From positions 1-64,000 of the forward strand of contig CAXBME010000032.1 in the NCBI GenBank assembly GCA_963976765.1: a stretch of 64,000 bases of DNA. Direction: 5' to 3'. This stretch comes from an uncultured Planctomycetaceae bacterium (GTDB taxonomy: Bacteria; Planctomycetota; Planctomycetia; Planctomycetales; Planctomycetaceae). Positions 59,109-64,000 of this stretch are shown here, one piece after another. How positions within the stretch are numbered: the stretch's first letter is position 1; the number at the start of each line of letters is the position of its first letter. Made by a program: the position numbers and the translations under genes. Below the pieces are notes generated by a model that was given only the letters and a program-made list of their open reading frames with translations, searched no databases and had not been told where the DNA came from.

Positions 59109-59216
59109 ATGGGACGCTGGCCTGATAGCTCACGATCGACAATGGTCACCGCTCTGATCATGTTTCTTGGATTTCCGCTCCTGTGTCTGCTGGCCTGGTG
59201 GTGGGTTCGCGGATGA
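59109..59216 (+). CDS. Putative 35-aa single-TM peptide
   Basis: MGRWPDSSRSTMVTALIMFLGFPLLCLLAWWWVRG; below the track length cutoff. Confidence 0.35.
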   Translation: MGRWPDSSRSTMVTALIMFLGFPLLCLLAWWWVRG

Positions 59217-59292
59217 AACGGTCGAGAAAGCGGTCGGTGCTTCATACTGGATTCGAATGACGTGAATTCGTTTTTTTGATTCAGTGTGACCG

Positions 59293-59335
59293 CTTGCGGC
59301 TTCGCTACACCGGTTCCAGACAATCCGGGGCACCC
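59293..59335. repeat. Dispersed repeat with CACCGGTTCCAGACAA core, copy 2
   Basis: Matches 21150-21180; ends in GGCACCC. Confidence 0.6.
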
Positions 59336-59386
59336 GAGAGTCAGGTGCTGGGGTAGTCACTGTACTTGTGATTGGAAAGTGTTGAG

Positions 59387-60688
59387 ATGACAGACGGGGA
59401 AGCGGTGCCAGCTTCGAGAAAGACTCCGCTGGCGATCATCTTTGTGACGGTCTTTATCGACCTGCTTGGATTCGGAATCGTTCTGCCGTTACTACCTCGC
59501 TACGCCGACGCTTTTGGGGCGAGTCATCTGCAACTTGGAATGCTGATGGCATCGTTCTCGGCGATGCAGCTGGTGTTTGCTCCGGTCTGGGGCGGAATTT
59601 CCGACCGCATCGGTCGTCGTCCTGTGCTGCTGATCGGGCTCGCAGGTTCAACGATTTCGTACGCGATGTTTGGTTACGTGACGACGCTTGGAGCCTCGGG
59701 GACGATGCTCGGGCTGTCTGTTCTTCCCTGGTTGTTCATCACTCGAATCGGGGCGGGTATCGCCGGCGCGACAATTCCTACCGCCCAGGCTTACATCGCC
59801 GATTGCACGTCACGCGAAAACCGGACAAAGGGGATGGCGCTGATCGGAGCAGCATTCGGGATCGGGTTTACGTTCGGACCACTGATCGGAGCGGCCTTCG
59901 TTTCTGACGACGTTAACGGTGCGCCGAGCCCGATGGCCGGTTACGTGGCGGCGATACTTTCCGGGTGTGCTTTCTTGTGGGCGCTGGCGAAACTGCCCGA
60001 GTCGTTGAAACAGGGGGAGTCTGAAAAGGCCGGAAAGTTCCATCTGAAGCACATCGGCGCTGCGTTTGGCGACGCGGCGATCGGGATGGTACTGCTGACG
60101 ATTTTCGTCACGACATGCGCGTTTGCGCAGTTTGAAAGCACGCTGTCTCTGTTGACCGAGGCGCTTGGCGAGTCTGACCAGGACAACTTCCTGATCTTTG
60201 CTTACGTCGGATTTATTCTGACGTTGAGTCAGGGATTTATTGTTCGACGCCTGTCGACGAAGCTCGAACCAAAGCTGCTGGCTCTGGGCGGCACGGCAGT
60301 GATGATTGTCGGCCTGCTGCTGATCGGCCTCGCCGGGAAGAATGGGTCGGTCTCGCAACTCTTCATCGTGTTGCCAATCGCGGTTGTGGGCTTTTCCGCT
60401 GTGACTCCGTCGCTGCAGGCTCTCCTTTCCTTGAAGACTGCGACCGAGAAGCAGGGCGAAATCCTCGGATTGGGACAGAGCATGTCGGCCCTTGCTCGAA
60501 TTGCCGGACCGATTATCGGGATGCGCATGTTCGACGAGACTCACGTCGAATGGCCGTACTGGACGGGGGCGGCGATGATGGGCGTCGGGCTGGTGCTTGT
60601 CGCCCTGCAACGCGGCGGGCAGAGCGATGACTTGATCATTGCTTCGGGCGATCCGGTTTCGACTGAAGCTGACACTTCAGCCGAGTAA
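59387..60688 (+). CDS. MFS transporter (TetA/DHA1-like)
   Basis: FIDLLGFGIVLP, GGISDRIGRRP (motif A), AYIAD, GFTFGP, ~12 TM. Confidence 0.9.
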   Translation: MTDGEAVPASRKTPLAIIFVTVFIDLLGFGIVLPLLPRYADAFGASHLQLGMLMASFSAMQLVFAPVWGGISDRIGRRPVLLIGLAGSTISYAMFGYVTTLGASGTMLGLSVLPWLFITRIGAGIAGATIPTAQAYIADCTSRENRTKGMALIGAAFGIGFTFGPLIGAAFVSDDVNGAPSPMAGYVAAILSGCAFLWALAKLPESLKQGESEKAGKFHLKHIGAAFGDAAIGMVLLTIFVTTCAFAQFESTLSLLTEALGESDQDNFLIFAYVGFILTLSQGFIVRRLSTKLEPKLLALGGTAVMIVGLLLIGLAGKNGSVSQLFIVLPIAVVGFSAVTPSLQALLSLKTATEKQGEILGLGQSMSALARIAGPIIGMRMFDETHVEWPYWTGAAMMGVGLVLVALQRGGQSDDLIIASGDPVSTEADTSAE

Positions 60689-60711
60689 TCGTTTCGCTTG
60701 TCGGCGGTGGT

Positions 60712-61770
60712 CTACTTCAGCGTGTTCGGTACCCAATGAACCTGACGAGCTGGTTTTGGTGTCGGGAAGGTGGGGATCATCATTGTCGTCGACGCGGGCA
60801 GCGGGCCAGGCTCAGGCATCGGAGAGACTGATTCGCCGGGGACTGATTCGAACTGTGGGTCCGCGGGTTCTGCGGCGGGAGCCGGCGCTGGACCTGTTGG
60901 TTTGTCGGTTTCGTAGGCTGGCAGTTGTTCGTGCTCGTGCCCGGGAATGATCGTGCCCTGGAAGATCGGACCGCTGGTCGACTGACGGCAGTGTGGGCAG
61001 TTTTCCGGGTGGCCGAATGTCTCAGGAAGGTTTGTGTCCCCATGGAAGGATTCTCCGTCGATGATCGTTTCACCGGGAAGAATCATCGGCTCCGACGAAT
61101 AGATTGGAGAGCCCGACGAGTAAGCAGGTGAATAAGAATCGGAGACGAACGGCTCTTCATGGACGTATCCCGAAAAGCTGTCGCCGAGTGTTGAGCAGGT
61201 GTCGCAGTGCGAGACTGGAAACTCGTGCTGGCAAGGATCGCAGACGTTGCACTCGACGGCCGGCGTCGAGCAGTTGCAGTGTGGCTGACCTTTGCCTCGG
61301 CAAGCTTGCGAGCGTTTTCCGCAGGAACATTTTCCGGCGCATCCGACTGAGCAGTTTTGCGTTGACGGGCAATCGCAGCTTGGAGAATGGCCGCCCCGGT
61401 TGGATGCTGGCTGGTTGAATGCGGCTCCGTAGCTGGCAGGTGTTGCATAGGTCGGCGTCGCGGACCAACTCGAGCCGTGGCCGTGTTGGCAGCAGGGCTC
61501 TGCGCCGGCATGACCAGCTGGAATGCCGGATGTGGCCGGATGAGCATTGGAGTTACACAGCGGGCAGTTGTGCTCGTCGTGTTTATGCTTTTTCAGGCCC
61601 GACAGGAATGTCGGCGTCTTTGTCGTTACGGACGGACCGTAGACGACTCCGCCACATGGGTCGTAATAGCCGCTCTGCATGCACGGATAGCAGCCGGTCG
61701 TTACGCTTGCGGCTAGAATCAACGCGGTCGTCGTGAGAAGTCTGCCCATGGCAACTGCCTTTCCAGGCAT
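60712..61770 (-). CDS. Cys/His-rich hypothetical lipoprotein
   Basis: Hydrophobic signal ending TTGC; about 23 Cys in CxxC/CxC patterns; Pro-rich tail. Confidence 0.65.
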   Translation of the reverse strand: MPGKAVAMGRLLTTTALILAASVTTGCYPCMQSGYYDPCGGVVYGPSVTTKTPTFLSGLKKHKHDEHNCPLCNSNAHPATSGIPAGHAGAEPCCQHGHGSSWSATPTYATPASYGAAFNQPASNRGGHSPSCDCPSTQNCSVGCAGKCSCGKRSQACRGKGQPHCNCSTPAVECNVCDPCQHEFPVSHCDTCSTLGDSFSGYVHEEPFVSDSYSPAYSSGSPIYSSEPMILPGETIIDGESFHGDTNLPETFGHPENCPHCRQSTSGPIFQGTIIPGHEHEQLPAYETDKPTGPAPAPAAEPADPQFESVPGESVSPMPEPGPLPASTTMMIPTFPTPKPARQVHWVPNTLK

Positions 61771-61906
61771 GCTGGATTGATGTCAAATCGGATATTCAGT
61801 TGGGACTCGGGGCGTCTGGTGCGTACACACCAGCAGCGGATTTAGTCCGACAATCGAAACATCGTCAGGCAGTGCTGGTAAACTTTAACGGTTATCCCGA
61901 TTACAA

Positions 61907-63373
61907 ATGGTCGCCGGGCAGTTGGGTTCAGCAGGTGGATGCAAGGAAATTTCCACAGAACAGGACGGTGAGGTTGTGTGGACGGAAATCGATACTTGGA
62001 CAGCACTTACGGCGGCACTGGCGGCAATGGCCTGTGTGGTGCCGGGGACATTTCTCGTGCTGCGTCGGCAGAGCATGCTGGGCGACGCGTTGAGCCACAC
62101 CGTTCTGCCCGGCATCGTCGCGGCATTTCTGGCAGCTTACTGGCTGGGAATTGTCGGGCCTCATTCTGAAGGCGGATCGACAATGCAGTTTGTGCTGCTG
62201 GGGGGCGCTGTCCTGGCCGGCCTGCTGACGGCGTTTTTGACTGAAGCCGTGCAGCGACTTGGTCGTGTCGAGAATTCTGCCGCGCTGGGAGTTGTTTACA
62301 CGTCGCTGTTCGCCCTGGGACTTTTGATGGTTCGGCTCTACGCCGACGACGTGCACCTGGACGCTGACTGCGTGTTGTTTGGAGCTGTGGAAACTGTGGT
62401 ACTCGATACGGTGGGTGATTCCGGCGTTCCTACGGCTGCTGTTCTGAATGGTTCCGTCCTGATTGTGAATCTGCTGCTGCTCGGATTGTGTTTCAAAGAG
62501 CTGCGACTGACCACGTTCGATCCAGATCTGGCGACAAGTCTCGGACTGAATTCCGCCCTGGTGCACTACATCCTGATGGCGATTACGTCCGTTACTCTGG
62601 TGGCGGCCTTTCAGTCGGTCGGCGCCATCCTTGTGATCACGGTGCTTGTCGCTCCGCCAGTCGCGGCTTTCCTGCTGAGTGAACGGCTTCACATCATGAT
62701 TCTGCTGGCTCTGGTGATTGCCGGGGGCAGCGCGTTTGTAGGACACGGTCTGGCGTTGTGGACTCCCAACGCGATTTTTGGCAGCCTCGGTTTCACGACG
62801 GTTGACGACTCCAGCACCGCCGGGATGACAGCGATCGTTTGCGGGTTCATCTTTGGTCTGGCGTTTCTATTCAGCCCTCGGCGAGGGCTCGTTGTGCAGA
62901 CTGTCCGACAGTCGCTGCTGGGATTCAGAATTCTTTGCGAAGACTGCCTGGGGGTTCTTTATCGGCGAGATGAAGCCAATTCGCAGACTGATGATGGACC
63001 ATTCGTCAACGCGACTGTACTCGAGACGCTGCGCGGGCGGCTGGCCTGCTGGCGACTCAGTCGGCAGGGGTTTGTGGCGAGTGCTGATGGCGGCTGGGTA
63101 TTAACGGCTTCCGGACGTGAGCATGCGGAACATCTCGTGCGTTCTCATCGGCTGTGGGAATCGTACATGGCCCGCCACTTTTCGTTGCCGGACGATCATC
63201 TCCACGAAGCCGCTCATCGCGTTGAACATTTTCTGGACGTACCGATGGTCGATCAACTGGAAGAGGAACTCGACCAGCCAGGTCTCGACCCCCACGGCCG
63301 GTCGATTCCCGGGCGATCCAACCAGGAGGACGGGACTGCCGAGGAAGGAAAAAGTCTGCCGAACGGTGAGTGA
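61907..63373 (+). CDS. Mn/Zn/Fe ABC-3 permease fused to a C-terminal DtxR/MntR-like domain
   Basis: GTFLVLRRQSMLGDALSH, FKELRLTTFDP, VGAILV; C-terminal RSHRLWE, HEAAHRVEH, DPHGRSIP; start uncertain. Confidence 0.85.
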   Translation: MVAGQLGSAGGCKEISTEQDGEVVWTEIDTWTALTAALAAMACVVPGTFLVLRRQSMLGDALSHTVLPGIVAAFLAAYWLGIVGPHSEGGSTMQFVLLGGAVLAGLLTAFLTEAVQRLGRVENSAALGVVYTSLFALGLLMVRLYADDVHLDADCVLFGAVETVVLDTVGDSGVPTAAVLNGSVLIVNLLLLGLCFKELRLTTFDPDLATSLGLNSALVHYILMAITSVTLVAAFQSVGAILVITVLVAPPVAAFLLSERLHIMILLALVIAGGSAFVGHGLALWTPNAIFGSLGFTTVDDSSTAGMTAIVCGFIFGLAFLFSPRRGLVVQTVRQSLLGFRILCEDCLGVLYRRDEANSQTDDGPFVNATVLETLRGRLACWRLSRQGFVASADGGWVLTASGREHAEHLVRSHRLWESYMARHFSLPDDHLHEAAHRVEHFLDVPMVDQLEEELDQPGLDPHGRSIPGRSNQEDGTAEEGKSLPNGE

Positions 63374-63529
63374 CGCATAGAGCAAAGGCGACCGGCTTCA
63401 CTGGAGAGCGGATCAGGGATCGGACTGGTTCGTGCCTGAGTAGCCGACTACATTTCGAAGTTCAGTAACTGACGGACACTGGTTCCGTCGAGATGTCTTG
63501 ATCGGATCGAACAATCTGGAGAAATGGAT

Positions 63530-64000
63530 ATGTCTGTAAATCGAACGAGCTACAAGTGGGCGTGGCTGATGACTGGTCTCGTCGCAGGAATCAGCATCGC
63601 GACGATCTGGCCGCATGAGCCACTGTCGGCATCAACGGCTGATCGAAACGAAAAGTTCGGGATGATTACGGCGCCAGTAACAGGGGCGACGGAAGCCGTT
63701 TTCGTCATCGACTATCTCACGGGAAGGCTTACCGGAGCTTTGATGAATCGAACCCGCAAGGGAACTGTGTTCGTCAACTTTTACTACCGCAATCTGGCCG
63801 AAGACTTCAAAGTGGGAGCGTCAGGAACACCGTATTACGCCGTTTCCAGCGGGTTCGCAGAAATTCCGAACAGTGGTGGTAGTCAGTGGGGAAGCAGTGC
63901 TCTATACGTGGCCGAGCTGACATCCGGAAGGGTTAATGCCTATGCAATTCCGTACTCAATTACACAGAATGTTCTCCCTCCAGTACCGCTGGTTCCGATC
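63530..64000 (+). CDS. Hypothetical exported protein, truncated by the window end
   Basis: GGAG RBS, ATG 63530, open frame to the end: WAWLMTGLVAGISIATIWPHEP...EAVFVIDYLTGRL...YYRNLAEDF. Confidence 0.75.
   Translation, partial: MSVNRTSYKWAWLMTGLVAGISIATIWPHEPLSASTADRNEKFGMITAPVTGATEAVFVIDYLTGRLTGALMNRTRKGTVFVNFYYRNLAEDFKVGASGTPYYAVSSGFAEIPNSGGSQWGSSALYVAELTSGRVNAYAIPYSITQNVLPPVPLVPI

Noticed and set aside
61771..61960. DtxR/MntR operator in the divergent intergenic region
   Set aside because: No convincing palindrome found
1..64000. CRISPR arrays, tRNA, rRNA, riboswitches
   Set aside because: No regularly spaced repeats or recognisable RNA gene signatures by eye; Infernal/tRNAscan would be needed to exclude small RNAs

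Overview
Bacterial chromosomal window with strong Planctomycetota signatures: three DUF1549/DUF1553 planctomycete-cytochrome + DUF1501 modules plus a lone DUF1501, a sulfatase, DUF1080 proteins and an fwdB/fhcB homolog. Most of it is carbohydrate/redox metabolism plus a pstSCAB-phoU-phoB operon. I saw no rRNA, tRNA or CRISPR array. Highlights: (1) a four-gene operon (membrane patatin-like phospholipase, two RoxA-like di-heme c-type lipoproteins, small catalase-fold protein) that looks like an uncharacterised lipid release/oxygenation/hydroperoxide-processing system, with decayed gene fragments on its upstream side; (2) an AhpD-like peroxidase split in the ORF track by an in-frame TGA at the CxxC position and followed by a SECIS-like hairpin, probably a selenoprotein; (3) a RAYT transposase with its REP and a distant REP doublet, plus three other dispersed repeat families; (4) an ApbE-DoxX-Gfo/Idh/MocA cluster; (5) a metal permease-DtxR fusion divergent from a Cys-rich lipoprotein. 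All family calls come from motif recognition by eye, not database searches.
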